64,000 nucleotides of DNA from Felis catus. Lineage: Eukaryota. The notes below the pieces were generated by a model. That model was not told where the DNA came from and did not search any database. It was given only the letters and a program-made list of their open reading frames with translations. Numbering within the stretch: position 1 is the first letter of the stretch; each line of letters starts with the position of its first letter. The DNA lies in contig NC_058369.1 in assembly GCF_018350175.1 (NCBI RefSeq), forward strand, positions 7,442,001-7,506,000, given 5' to 3'. Below are positions 52,270 through 64,000 of the stretch, piece by piece. The position numbers and the translations under genes were made by a program.

Positions 52270-53150
52270 CACGGTCAACTGGGTCTATTCACAGGGGAAA
52301 GAATAAATGCTGATCCCTACCTCACATCCTGTGCAAAACTCAATTCCGTATAGATTGTACATCTAAATGTGAAAGGTAAACACAAAATCTTTTAGAAGAA
52401 AATGTAGAAGAATATCTTCATTACTTTGAGGGTAGGCAAAGATTTCTAAAACAGGACACTAGCAAGCACTAACTTTAAAGAGGGGAAATATTATTTGAAC
52501 TACATTAGAATTAAGAAATTCTGGGGCACCTGGGTGGCGTCCAATTCTTGATTTTGGCTTGAGTCATGATCCCAGGGTCATGGGATTGCCCCATATCCGG
52601 TTGGCATTGAACGTGGAGCCTGCTTGGGATTCTCTCCCTCTGTCCCTCCCCCACTCGCACGTTCTCTCCCTCTCTCTCTCTCTCTAAAATAAAATAACAT
52701 TAAAAGTTGAGAAAGCCCATTGATCAAAACTCCATTAAGAGAATGAAAAAACAAGCCACAGAGTAGGAGAAGAGATTTGCAATCCTTATATACAACAGAA
52801 AACTCAATTTTTTTAAAAGATTTTTTGAATCTTTATTCATTTTTGAAAGAGTGACAAGAGTGTGAGTGGGGGAGGGGCAGAGAGGGGCAGAGAGAGGGAG
52901 ACCAGAGTCCAAAGCAGGCTCCAGGCTCTGAGCTGTCAGCACAGAGCCCGACGTGGGGCTCAAACCCATGAACCATGAGATCAGGACCTGAGCTGAAACC
53001 AAGAGTCGGATGCTTAACCCACTGAGCCACCCAGGTGCCCCATTCTTCTAAAGAGTTTTTAAAGTAATCTGTACACCCAACATGGGCTCAAACCCACAAC
53101 CCCAAGATCAAGAGTCACATGCTCTATTGACTGAGCCAGCCAGGCGCCCC
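52270..53150. mobile_element. L1 fragment with three Can-SINEs (52523-52705 +, 52810-53041 -, 53050-53150 -)
   Basis: L1 ORF2-end motifs (TTTAGAAGAAAATGTAGAAGAATATCTT, GGTAGGCAAAGATTTC) plus SINE heads and tails. Confidence 0.8.
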
Positions 53151-53270
53151 ACTCATATCTTAATTTTAATTTATGTAAGATATGGATAGATAGATACAGA
53201 CACGGATACAAAATCTGGACACACACACACACACATTCCTACAACTCAGCAATTCTTCTCCTCATTGTAT

Positions 53271-54050
53271 ACAGTTGAGACTCATCATTTGCAGATTCCA
53301 TATTGGCAAACTCACCAACTCATGACAACTTATTTGTAACCCCCACATTGATACTCCTGGGGCTTTGGTGGTCATTCATGGACATGCCCACAGGGGCAAA
53401 AATGGAGTCAGCAACACACGGGTTCCCAAATGAAGTCCAATACGACCATACTCTGCCTTCCTGTTTTAGCTCTGTTTAAAAAAAAAAAAAGTGTATATAT
53501 TTATTTTTGAGAGAGAGAATGCACACAAGCAGGGAGGGGCAGAGAGAGAGAGAGAGGGAGAGAAAATCCCAAGCAGGCTCTGCACTCTCAGCGCAGAGCC
53601 TGATGCGGGGCCCGAACTCACGAACCATGACCGGAGGCTCCCGTGACCGGAGCCTAAGTCAGACGTAATGAATCAACAATATATAAGAAACAAGGTGTGG
53701 GGCGCCTGGGTGGCTCAGTCAGTTGGGCGTCCAACTTCAGCTCAGGTCACGATCTCGCGGTCCGTGGGTTCGAGCCCCGCGTCGGGCTCTGGGCTGACGG
53801 CTCAGAGCCTGGAGCCTGCTTCCGATTCTGTGTCTCCCTCTCTCTCTGCCCCTCCCCCGTTCATGCTCTGTCTCTCTTTGTCTTAAAAATAAATAAAAAA
53901 CGTTAAAAAATTTTAAAAAAGAAAGAAACAAGGTGTTTTTTAAACAGAAACATACATAAAACTAGGCGACATCTTGTTCGGTCAACAAAAGTGTGACCAC
54001 AGGCTTGGAGACACCCAGCCCTGCAACGACTCAATGCGTCAATCAGTATT
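53271..54050. mobile_element. Tigger2-like (Tc1/mariner) DNA transposon interrupted by two Can-SINEs (53490-53667 -, 53700-53925 +)
   Basis: TA-CAGTTGAGACTCATCATTTGCAGATTCCATATT start; second SINE flanked by AAGAAACAAGGTGT duplication. Confidence 0.65.
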
Positions 54051-54336
54051 TACTAATACCCAATGGAAATGCGAATGAGCGTTCACCAAAGACAGCGTCA
54101 GAATATTTATAGCCACACCTTTCGTGTCAGCCAGAAACTTCGCCAGCCCAAATGCCCAGAAACAGTACAACGAATCTATCATGGGAGAGTCACATAGTAG
54201 AATGTCATCAAGTGACGAAAACAGGCAACGAAAACAAAACAGTAATATGTGGAATCTTTACAAACATAATGTTAAGCAAAAGAAGCCGGGCCCCCAAAAC
54301 TACATATTTCATGCCTTCAAGTTATAAAGCTGGCCG

Positions 54337-54558
54337 GGGCGCCTGGGTGGCTCAGTAGGTGAAGCGACCGGCTTCGGCTCACATCATGGTCTCATGGTTC
54401 GTGAGTTCGGGCCCCGCATCTGGACTCTGTGCTGTTAGCACGGAGCCTGCTTGGGATTCTCTGTCCCCTCTCACACTCATGTGCACGCTCTCTCTCTCTT
54501 GCTCTCTCTCTCTTGTTCTCTCTGTCTCAAAAATAAAATAACATTAAAAAAAAAAAAA
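54337..54558 (+). mobile_element. Can-SINE
   Basis: Flanked by GTTATAAAGCT(G/A)GCC duplication. Confidence 0.9.
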
Positions 54559-54796
54559 GGTTATAAAGCTAGCCAAACCCGTGCAATTGTGAGAGACGTT
54601 AGCTTAGCGGTAACTCTTGGGGAACAGGTGGCAGCCAGAAGGAACACGAAGGGACTTCTGGACACTTGAAAAGTTCTAGTTCTTTACCTGGTGCCGGTGA
54701 GCACCACGTCGCTTGAAGACAGTTTATCAAGCTGCACCTTTGTGATTTGTGTATTGCTCTGTAGATAGGATTTCCGTCAAGAAGAAAATTTACTCA

Positions 54797-55010
54797 GGGG
54801 CGCCTGGGTGGCTCAGTCGGTTCAGCGTCTGACTCTTGGTTTTGGCTGAGGTCACGATCTTGCGGTTTCCTGAATTCGAGCCCCACATCGGGCTCAGTGC
54901 TGGCAGCGTGGAGCCTGCTTGGGATTCTCTCTCTCTCCCGCCCTCTCCCCCTCCCCCACTCACGCTGCCTCTGTCTCTCTCAAAATAAATAAACTTAAAA
55001 AATAAAAAGA
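54797..55010 (+). mobile_element. Can-SINE
   Basis: Head, (CT)n and tail. Confidence 0.9.
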
Positions 55011-55689
55011 AAACATACTCAAATATATGAATTCAGGTATCAAGTATGAAAACATAAGTTCCATCCCTGTTTGAGGTGCAGCAGGTAAACATGATAGAAC
55101 GTTCCGGTAGAAGAGCAAATTACGCAAACCAAGCAAAACTAAGCGTCCTTTGCAGTCAGCCACGTGCCCTCTGTCGAGGCCATCCTGGCCCCCACGGTAC
55201 TCAGGCACCCTTGAGAAAGGCACGGATTCACGTCCACACATACACGGCTTTGCATGCCTCAGAACACAAACGGCATCCATCTTCTAGCCTGTGCCCGCCT
55301 TCAGCGTTGGGTCCGGTGACAAGTGTTTGGAAATGGTGTTGAAACATGTCTCCCCTTCTCCTTGGAAGACTCAGAGCCCCACACCCTTCCCGTCATCTCT
55401 GCTTTCCCGCCTGGCTCAGAATTCTCCAGGAGGTGGCTGGGAAGGAGACGTCTGTCCCTGTCAAGGACCTCAGACCCCAGACAGCGAGAGGCACAACATG
55501 GCCCAAGTGTTGGTTCCGCTCGGCCTCTGGCTGCCACCAGTGGGCTTCAGGCCCTGTCGGCTCCTGAGGTGATCCTGTCTTCATGCCTTTACTCTCCCAC
55601 TCCAGTGTCTTCCGCGTGATAGCCAGAGGCTCTGGCCCTCACACAAATCCAGCCCCGTCTCATTCCTGGCTTTAAAACCTTTTACTGAA

Positions 55690-57425
55690 CCAAAAGAAAA
55701 ACAGACAGCCTGGTTTCAAAAATGGGCAAAGGAGGGGTCCCTGGGTGACTCAGTCGGTGGAGCAGTTGAGCATCTGACTTCGGCTCGGGTCATGATCTCA
55801 AAGTTCCTGAGTTCGAACCCTGCATCGGGCTCTCTACTCTCAGCCCAGAGCCTGCTTCAGACCCTCTGTCTCCCTCTCTTTCTCTGCCCCAGCCCTGCTC
55901 TCTCTCCCAAGTATAAAAAAAGTTTTTCATAAAAAATGGACAAATGGAAGCTATACAAACAAAAATAAACACATAAGAAAAAGCCCAACATCACTAACTC
56001 TTTAAAAAGTTTTTTTAATGTTCATTTTATATTTGAGAGGTAGAGACAGATCGTGAGCAGGGGAGGGACGGAGAGAGAGAAAGGGAGACACAGAATCCGA
56101 AGCAGGCTCCAGGCTCTGAGATGTCAGCACAGAGCCCGACACGGGGCCCGAACCCACGAACCGTGGGATCATGACCTGAGCCGAAGATGGACCATCAACC
56201 GACTGAGCCACCCAGGCGCCCCACTAACTCTTCACGAAATGGAAATCAAAGCCAAAATGAGAGGTCACATCACAGCCCATCAGGATGGGCTGAAGTCAAA
56301 AAGTCAAGTGGGGACGACAACACTGGCGAGGAAGTGGACAGACCGGAACCCTCGTGCACTGTTGGTGGGTATTTAAAATGGCGCAGCCGCTGTGGGAAAC
56401 TTCTCGCTCCTCAGAAAAGTAAACATGTTATTATCATATGAGCCAGCAATCCCACCTCTGGGTACACACCCGAGAGTTAGAAGCAAGGTCTCGAAGAAAT
56501 ATTTGCACCCGACGTCACAGCAGCACTATGCACAACAGCAATCCAAATGTCTATCGAAGCACAATCGGCAAGACCAAATGTGATAAATCCATGCAGTGGA
56601 ACAGCATTCAGCCTTAGAAAAGGAGGGAGGTCTGACACGAGGAAAGAAGCCATTCACAAAAAGACAAATATCTCCTGGTTCCACTTACATGAAGTACCTA
56701 GAGTCATCAAATTCATAGAGACAGGAAGCAGAAGGGGGTTCACAGGGGCTGGGGGAGAGGGGAATGAGGAGTTGTTTAAAAAAATTTTTTTTTCAACGTT
56801 TATTTATTTTTGGGACAGAGAGAGACAGAGCATGAACGGGGGAGGGGCAGAGAGAGAGGGAGACACAGAATCGGAAACAGGCTCCAGGCTCTGAGCCATC
56901 AGCCCAGAGCCCGACGCGGGGCTTGAACTCACGGACCGCGAGATCGTGACCTGGCTGAAGTCGGACGCTTAACCGACTGCGCCACCCAGGCGCCCCAAAT
57001 GAGGAGTTGTTTAAGACGGAGAATTTCAGTCTTGGGAGACGAAAAGAGTTCTGAAGACAGATGGTGGGGACGGTCGTACAACCATGTGAACAGACCTAAC
57101 GCTACTAGGGGACCGCACATTTAAAAATGGCGGAGGGGCGCCTGGGTGGCTAAGTCGCTCAGGCATCCATCCAGCTCTTGATTTTTGGCTTGAGTCATGG
57201 ATCGTGGGTTCATGAAATCGAAGCCCACAGCAGGCCTCGCACTGACGGCGTGGAGCCTGCTTGGGATTCGTTCTCTCCCTCTCTCTCTGCCCCTTCCCCA
57301 CTCATGCTCTCTCTCTCTCTCAAAATAAATAAACAGGCTAAAAAAAATTTTTTTAAGTAACATAAAAATGGCTCAGACGGTAAATTTTATGTTCTGTGTA
57401 TTTTGCCATAATTAAAAAAAAAAAA
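55690..57425. mobile_element. Old L1 3' region carrying four Can-SINEs (55734-55920 +, 56005-56222 -, 56777-56996 -, 57135-57355 +)
   Basis: L1 motifs (AAAATGGGCAAAGG, GAAATGGAAATCAAAGCC, AGAGTCATCAAATTCATAGAGACAGGAAG); SINE duplications CACTAACTCTT and AATGAGGAGTTGTTTAA. Confidence 0.85.
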
Positions 57426-57432
57426 AACGAAA

Positions 57433-57433
<1 letters not shown>

Positions 57434-57471
<38 letters not shown>
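57434..57471. repeat. (CA)n microsatellite
   Basis: Seen directly. Confidence 0.95.
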
Positions 57472-57473
<2 letters not shown>

Positions 57474-58187
57474 CCTTAATCCTGAAAACTACCCCCACAA
57501 TGGGCTGTGTCACACCCTTCCACATGCCCAGTGGCTCGCCTGGTGTCTTTCACACGGGAATTAATACAGATTTTAGGAAGAGAAAGAATCAGGTTTATCA
57601 TGTATTTTTCTTGGAAACAACCCGAACTTTTTCAGGGCCCAAAAGGCAAGGGGCTATTTGCCATTTCTTCCAATGGCTTCAATTGTCTTTGCCTTTTGGT
57701 TTCTTTCTTCTCACGCTGTGACTCCCTGTCTCCTCGTCTGCTAAGCAGGGCTTCGATGCGAGCTGTCCGGGGTTGCTAGAACTACGTGTAAAGTAGGAGT
57801 CAACAGGCACCGAGAGCCTCCGGGGGCTCCCAGAAGCAACACAAATAAGCTTCTGCACACAGACTCCATGGAATCTGTTCTCACTCGTCTCTGTTCTTCC
57901 TGGCTTCTCGTTGGTTTGCGGCTGAGCTGCGGATGGATGAAGTTGTGCGATACGCCAGCCTCCCACTCAGCACAAAGACATATCCGCATTCTCGGACAAG
58001 AGTTCCCGAAACACGGGAACGAGTTCTCCTGCTCCTGTCACAACTCCCTTCTCCCCAGCACAGCTAGACTCAGCTTCAGAGAAGCTAAATCTTCCACATC
58101 CCACCCCGTGAGGGCTCAAACCATCATCCAGACCTTGGTGTCCAGTGGGAGGCTCAAAATACAGAAGACTCCAAATGAACGCTTTCT

Positions 58188-58422
58188 TTCTTTCTTTTTT
58201 TTTTAATTTTTTTCAACGTTTTTTATTTATTTTTGGAACAGAGAGAGACAGAGCATGAACGGGGGAGGGGCAGAGAGAGAGGGAGACACAGAATCGGAAA
58301 CAGGCTTCAGGCTCTGAGCCCATCAGCCCAGAGCCTGACGCGGGGCTCGAACTCCCGGACCGCGAGATCATGACCTGAGCTGAAGTCGGACGCTCAACCG
58401 ACTGCGCCACCCAGGCGCCCCC
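58188..58422 (-). mobile_element. Young Can-SINE (SINEC_Fc-type)
   Basis: Exact CCAAATGAACGCTTTCT duplication; CpGs retained. Confidence 0.93.
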
Positions 58423-59025
58423 AAATGAACGCTTTCTAAATGAACACGTGAGTGCACGAATACGTGAAAACAGCAAGTGACTGCCTCCAAGGCCCTGACA
58501 CTGAATTGCAGGGACACAAAGCCACGGCCCACACCTGATGCCAGGCTCGTGAGAAATCCATACATGTGCACATGGTCAGCCCATATGAAAAGAGTCACTG
58601 TGAACACATATCCACGGATGTGATTATGGCACACGCATGTCCCTATGCCCAGCTTGGTCAATGCCAAGGACGTTGTTCTGAAACAGACACACACACACCA
58701 GATGAACTCCTATAGAGCCAAGGGCAGAGTGAGACAAGTGAGAGCTGAGTCCTTCAAGTGCAGGGTTAGTTCCCACGTTTATTTACAACTTTGACATTTT
58801 TGTATCACAGATGTTTTTTTACATCAATTTTGATTTTCTTAAGATATTATTTATCTTGGTTTCTGACTTCTTGGGGGGCACCCCCTACAGTTCTGCACCT
58901 GAGACTAGTGCCTCAGTTGCACTGACACCTCAGTTGGCCAGGGCAGTTACACACACCGGGACATCTGCCTGCACACCTTCACCATGGCCACGGGGACACA
59001 GAATCTCTGCACAAACCTCATTTCA

Positions 59026-59039
59026 CCACTAGGTGGCAG
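59026..59039 (+). promoter_or_regulatory. CTCF core motif
   Basis: CCACTAGGTGGCAG matches CCASYAGRKGGCRS at all 14 positions. Confidence 0.6.
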
Positions 59040-59988
59040 CCCAGCTCTTTCATCTTGGGCCCAGGCTTGACCCCACTCTTCCCCAGGAAGAAAATGTCCA
59101 ATTCACTTATTTTCTGAGTGCCCTCAAGACCTCCTTTTGCTGCCTTCTACCTGGGACATTTACATTTTCTAGTATATGTGCTGCCTAAGCGAGCACCGGA
59201 CATTTCCATTTGCTAAAGGAGCCCAGGAGAACAGCGTGTTAACCCCAAACAGTGGTGCCCTATAATGGTGGAATTTGAGGCACAGATAAAGAAGATGGGT
59301 TTTCCTGATGCCTCCGATCCAAGAGCAGTGGTTGACTTGAAATGGATACAGGATGGCCCGAGGGGATAGTTGTTCCCTCACCCCTCCTTTGGTACAAGAG
59401 TCCCACTGTTTCCGAAAGAAAGAGATCCTGTGGGAGGAGGAGGGACATTCATCCATCCAGTCACTCAAGTTTCTATTTTAACAGATATTTGTTGAGCACC
59501 TACTGTGTGCCAGGCTCTGTTGTAGGCACTGGAGATGCAACAAAGCCCACTGGCCCCTGATGAGCTGCCGCTCGAGGGGGAGACAGACAATGAGTGGAGA
59601 GGTAGTGACAGGCTATGAAGAAAAAGAGGAGTAACAGCTCAGAGAGGGGCCACGGGAAGGTCATTTTAGATGGTTGGTCAGGGTGGGCCTCTCGGAGGAG
59701 GTATCATTTAAACAGAAGGAGAGGGAGGGAACGGTGTCACAGGCAGAGGAAATGGCAAGTGCGAAGGCCCTGAGGTCTGCAGTACAAACTGAACTACTCC
59801 CCCCCTCCCATCCTATGGGGACCCCGGGGAAGAAATGACTTCAAACCCAGACAGTGGCCAAGAATATAGCTAGATCTTAGGGAGGACTCCCCAGGTGTTA
59901 GGAAGTGGGCCTCTTTCTCACAGGGAAAGCTATCTGGTAGTCTCCAGAGCATTCACAGGCCGGACCCAGAACACATGAACAGACCCTG

Positions 59989-60016
59989 GATGGATGGATG
60001 GATGGATGGATGGATG
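59989..60016. repeat. (GGAT)n microsatellite
   Basis: Seen directly. Confidence 0.9.
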
Positions 60017-62084
60017 GCTCCTCTGACAGGGGCCATTCTCCTGTTCTCACAGTCACATCTTAACTCCTGTCTACCGCCCACAAGTTCCCACTTGGTCTGC
60101 CCCCTCCTGGCTTCCCTGGCCTCATCACCACCACCACCACCACCTCCCCCTGCCCCTTCCCCTCCACTTACTCCTCTCCAGACACACCAGCCTCCTTGCT
60201 GCTCCTCAAACATCCCAGGGTGTTCTCCCATCAGGGCCTTCATACTTGCTGTTCCGTCTGCCTTGAATGCTGTTCCCCTGGGTACTCAGAAAGCATCCTC
60301 TCTCACCTCCCTCAGGGGTCACCTCAAGTACCGCCTCCTTAGAGACACTATCTTGGACCACACCTGCTCAGATAGCCACCCACACCATCACTCTTTCATC
60401 CCCTTCATCCGATGCATTATTCTTCATGCCAGTTGCATTTTACATATTCATTTCATTGTTGACACTGTATTATATATTTGTTCAGTTCTTGCCTGTCTCT
60501 CGTGTCACAAGATCAGCTCCAGGAGGGCAGGGATTTGATAACTTGGTCCATGGCTATATCCCCAGTGCTTACTCCTATCTGTTGATTGGATGGACACATG
60601 AAGGATTTCTAGCCTGGATTCATGGAGCCCAGGGGCCATCAGGGACTGAGAAGGGGGCTATGGGGAGAAATGGTGGGGGAGGTGGAGAGGGGACAGAGCA
60701 TTCATTCTTCAGGGCCCTTCCTTCTCTGGGGCGCCAGGCTGGGTGGGCAGCGAGGGGCAGAGACCAGTATATGACGCTGTAGTGCCCATGGTGGCCGCCT
60801 GGAGGCACTGCAACCAGCTGCAGGACCCCCCCCACCGGCCCCAACCGATAACCTCAGTCTAGCTCCGCTCCACCCATCGTTTAGCCCCGCCTTCCTAACC
60901 CAGTCTGGTCCCGCCCCCACGCAGCCCCCTTTGGCCCCGCCTCCAAGAATCCCCATGTTAGTCCCTCCCCATTCTGGGGTCTGTAAACTTAACCCCCCCC
61001 CCCCAAGCACCTTTCACTGCACTCTCCTGCGCCCCTAGCCGACCTTGGCGACAGGTCAAGAAATCTAAAGTTCCCCAGGGGCTAGCAGGGGTGCGGGAGA
61101 ATCCCGAGGTGGTGGTTCCCCAGGATCCTTCTTGGAAGCCAAATTCACCTTCACTCCTGGTGTATTTTTAACCAGCATTCTCTCACCCTTATGCCTCTTT
61201 TGGTCTCTCTCTACTTCTCTCTGGCTGACATATCAATTGAGTATCTACCGTGTGCGGACTGAAGCCAGGCACTGAGCACGCTTCCGTACCCAGCCAGGAT
61301 GTGGGTCCCTGGGACCCCACAACCTTTCCTAGTTGTCTGAAGATCCTATTTAGAGTCTGGCCTCCACCCTTCACAACGCCCCCTGGGGTGGGGATAAGGG
61401 TCTGAGTCCTTTCTTCTCTTGACCAGGAAAGAGAAGGTACAGCACTATTTTCCCTCGGAGCTTCTACCTTAAAAAAAAACTCTTCTAGTTTCGACATAGC
61501 CGCTGTCTACACCCATGGAGTGAATTATTTAACAAGAAGGTAAATGTGTGGGCTCAGGAACCGGACTGCCTTGGTTCAATCCTGGCTCTGCCACTCCTAG
61601 CTATCTGAGCTCGACATAATGACTTCACTCTTCTGTGCCTCAGTTTCCCCATCTGTAAAACGGAGGCAGTACTAGCGTGCTCTAGGAGGTGCCAGGGGGG
61701 TTCAACGCCTTCGCTCCGGTTGTGTGCTTGAAACAGCGCCCGGCACATAATAAACACTTAATAAACGTTAGCTGTATTATCATTGTTATTTCAGACTCTG
61801 GCTTCCCTCTGAGCTCCTACAGATCTGAGAACCTGAGGGGGCTCCCACCTCCAAGATGGAGGAGGAACGAGGTTTCCCGATAGCCGAAGAAAACCGGGAC
61901 CCCCCCCCCACATTTTGCAAGGCCCCTCAAACCTGCCGGAGAGATGGGGGTACTATGGAGAGGAAGGCTTGCTTCTTTCTGTGAAAGCATGAAGGGAGTG
62001 CACAAGGCACCAGCGCGCGCGCACACGCACACACGCACGGATGCACACGTTTGCACACACACCCCCTGCTCTTCACTCCCCTTT

Positions 62085-62334
62085 AAAAAATTTAATGGTT
62101 TTTTTTTTGTTTTTTTTTTTTTTTTGAGAGAGAGAGAGAGACACAAAGCACGAGCGGGGGAGGGGCAGAGAGAGAGGGAGACACAGAATCCGAGGCAGGC
62201 TCCAGGCTCTGAGCTGTCAGCACAGAGCCCGACGCGGGGCTCGAACTCGCCAACCGCGAGATCATCACCTGAGCCGAAGCCGGACGCTCAACTGACCGAA
62301 CCCCCCAGGCGCCCCTTCTCTCCCCTTTTACAGT
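62085..62334 (-). mobile_element. Can-SINE
   Basis: T-rich tail, reverse head, TCCCCTTTA duplication. Confidence 0.9.
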
Positions 62335-62949
62335 GATTCACTCAAAGGCGCAGAATAGCACACTGTCACCCCAGACTCTTCCACGGCCACACACCTGCTC
62401 ACGCACATTTTGTACGACCCCCAGGCAGATGGACGGAATCGTGGGGACACACACAGACCTTCGCACACAGCTCAGTGGCCCAAATACCGCCGGGATGAAC
62501 ACAGTCCTCGCTCGCTCCCATACACCAGTCACACGGACACACAACTCCAGGTGACAGGCTCCCAAGCCTCCCACAGTCACATCAACCCTCCGGCCACAGC
62601 CTCCCGCTGTCACACACAGACCCCCCGTCACGTACAAACACCCTCTCCCATCACACCCCCAACTCGCGCACAGCCCAACCCACAAACTCTCAGTCACACC
62701 CAGCCGTGACACAGACACACACGTTTACCCAGCAGCCCCCCAACACCTCACACACGTCCCCGTCAGTCACTCACACGTGAGTCCCGCCCCCTTCCCCACA
62801 CTGGGGGTTCAGGTGAGGAGTGGGGGGGGCGGCTGCAGAATTCGGGCACCTCCTGCCGTAACGGGGGAAGTGTGGGGTAAGCACCACCCCAAGGCCCCCT
62901 GAAGTTGCCCTTGCAACCCCACTCAGCCCCAGTGAGATGGCGGGTGTGG

Positions 62950-63560
62950 GCTCCGGGGCAATGAGAGGTTGAGAGCCCTGAAGCTGGGGTCACACTGTCC
63001 CCCAAGGCATCTCAGCCTGAGGCTGGATGTGAAGCCCCTCTTCCCCCCCAAGCAGGGGTGCACGTCCAGCCCCTCCCCCGCTGCGACCCCCGCCCCTCTC
63101 AGCCCCGGGGGGGCTTATGGAGCCCCCAAATCGCGTTTCTGCCGGGACCCGCTCGGACCCTCTCCCCTCCTGGAGCCCCTCGCGCCTGCACCTGCCCGCC
63201 AGGCCCCTACCTGTCCGGCGAGGCCTGAGCACAGCAGCAGCAGCAGCAGCAGCGGCGGCGGCGGCGGCGGGACCGTGAGCGGCCACATGACGCGCCCCCG
63301 GCCCGGCGTCCCGTCCCCCCGCCCGCGCTAGCGGCGCCTGGGCGCGGGGACCGCCACCTCGCGCGACCCCGCCCGCCCGGCCGGGGCGACCCTCGCCGCC
63401 GCCTCCCCCGCCTCGCCGGCGGCCGGGATTCCGCCCCACCCCCGCCCCCCCTCGCGCGCTCCTAGTCTTTGTTGCGGGCTCCGCCCCCCGCCCCGCCCCC
63501 AGCTCGTCTGCGGGCGCGGACCCAGCGTGGGTCTGGGGGCGGGGAAGGGGGAGGAGCTGG
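62950..63560. promoter_or_regulatory. CpG island / TATA-less GC-box promoter of the MWPL-type first exon
   Basis: CpG-dense; several CCGCCCC boxes upstream of the ATG at 63288. Confidence 0.85.
63211..63288 (-). CDS. OLFM2: OLFM2 distal first coding exon (signal peptide MWPLTVPPPPPPLLLLLLLCSGLAGQ, 26 aa); 459-aa isoform
   Basis: Manual translation: ATG at 63288-63286, 78 nt, ends CAG|GTAGGG (phase 0). Splices in frame to the exon at 7975. Resembles the known OLFM2 N-terminus MWPLTVPPPLLLLLCSGLAGQ. Lies in a CpG island; too short for the ORF track. Confidence 0.95.
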
Positions 63561-64000
63561 CACTGGGGAGGAGAGCTGGGGACCAGGCCCCGCAGTCCCC
63601 TAGGCCCGATGGGGGAGGGTCACGGGGATGGGGGAGGGGGTTCCGTCACGTGTTTGTAAATTTCACCCTCCCAGGACATTTCCCACGTTGAAAACAGGGG
63701 TGGGATGGGGGTCAAGGGGCGGGGGGAGTAAGAGGAAGGCCTGACAACCAAGAAGAGAACGTGAGAGGCCCCCTCCTTAAAGAACTCAAGAATCAACAGA
63801 GAAACTGAGGCAGAGCCTGTGAAATGGGACGTTGAGGGAAGGGGGTCACTGCCGGGACAAGGGAGGTGGAACGGAGATGGAAGGAGGAGTGAGAGACAAA
63901 AACAGGGAGACCGTTAGACCTGCGGCCGCTGGGGATGGCCAAGGGGGGGGCTGGCCCCCAAAGCGGGGTACCTTGTTTTCACTCTCCCCCTCCCACCCAT

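Overview
Mammalian genomic DNA, almost certainly from a felid, judged from SINEC_Fc-type carnivore SINEs. The window holds one protein-coding gene, OLFM2 (olfactomedin-2/noelin-2), complete on the minus strand. It has five shared coding exons (7826-7975, 6353-6499, 5652-5871, 5213-5319, 3557-4234) and two mutually exclusive first coding exons, each in its own CpG island. The distal exon 63211-63288 (MWPLTV...) gives a 459-aa protein and the proximal exon 46139-46273 (MSVPLLKIG...) gives a 478-aa protein. All junctions are GT-AG and in frame, and the poly(A) signal is at 3105-3110. The 38-55 kb first intron is mostly repeats (Can-SINEs, L1/L2/MIR, MaLR and ERVL LTRs, MER20, MER103, Tigger) and microsatellites. 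I found no evidence of a new multi-gene system, and nearly all other ORFs in the track are GC- or repeat-derived noise. The most interesting observations are cis-regulatory or structural: a near-consensus REST/RE1 site in intron 1, a TATA+CRE promoter, an out-of-frame upstream ATG opening a spliced 111-codon overlapping ORF, nuclear-receptor DR1 clusters in inverted orientation around exon 4, an expanded (CCG)6(CTG)7 signal-peptide repeat, CTCF motifs, a four-element nested SINE stack, and degenerate minisatellites. Repeat family names and ortholog comparisons come from memory, not database searches.
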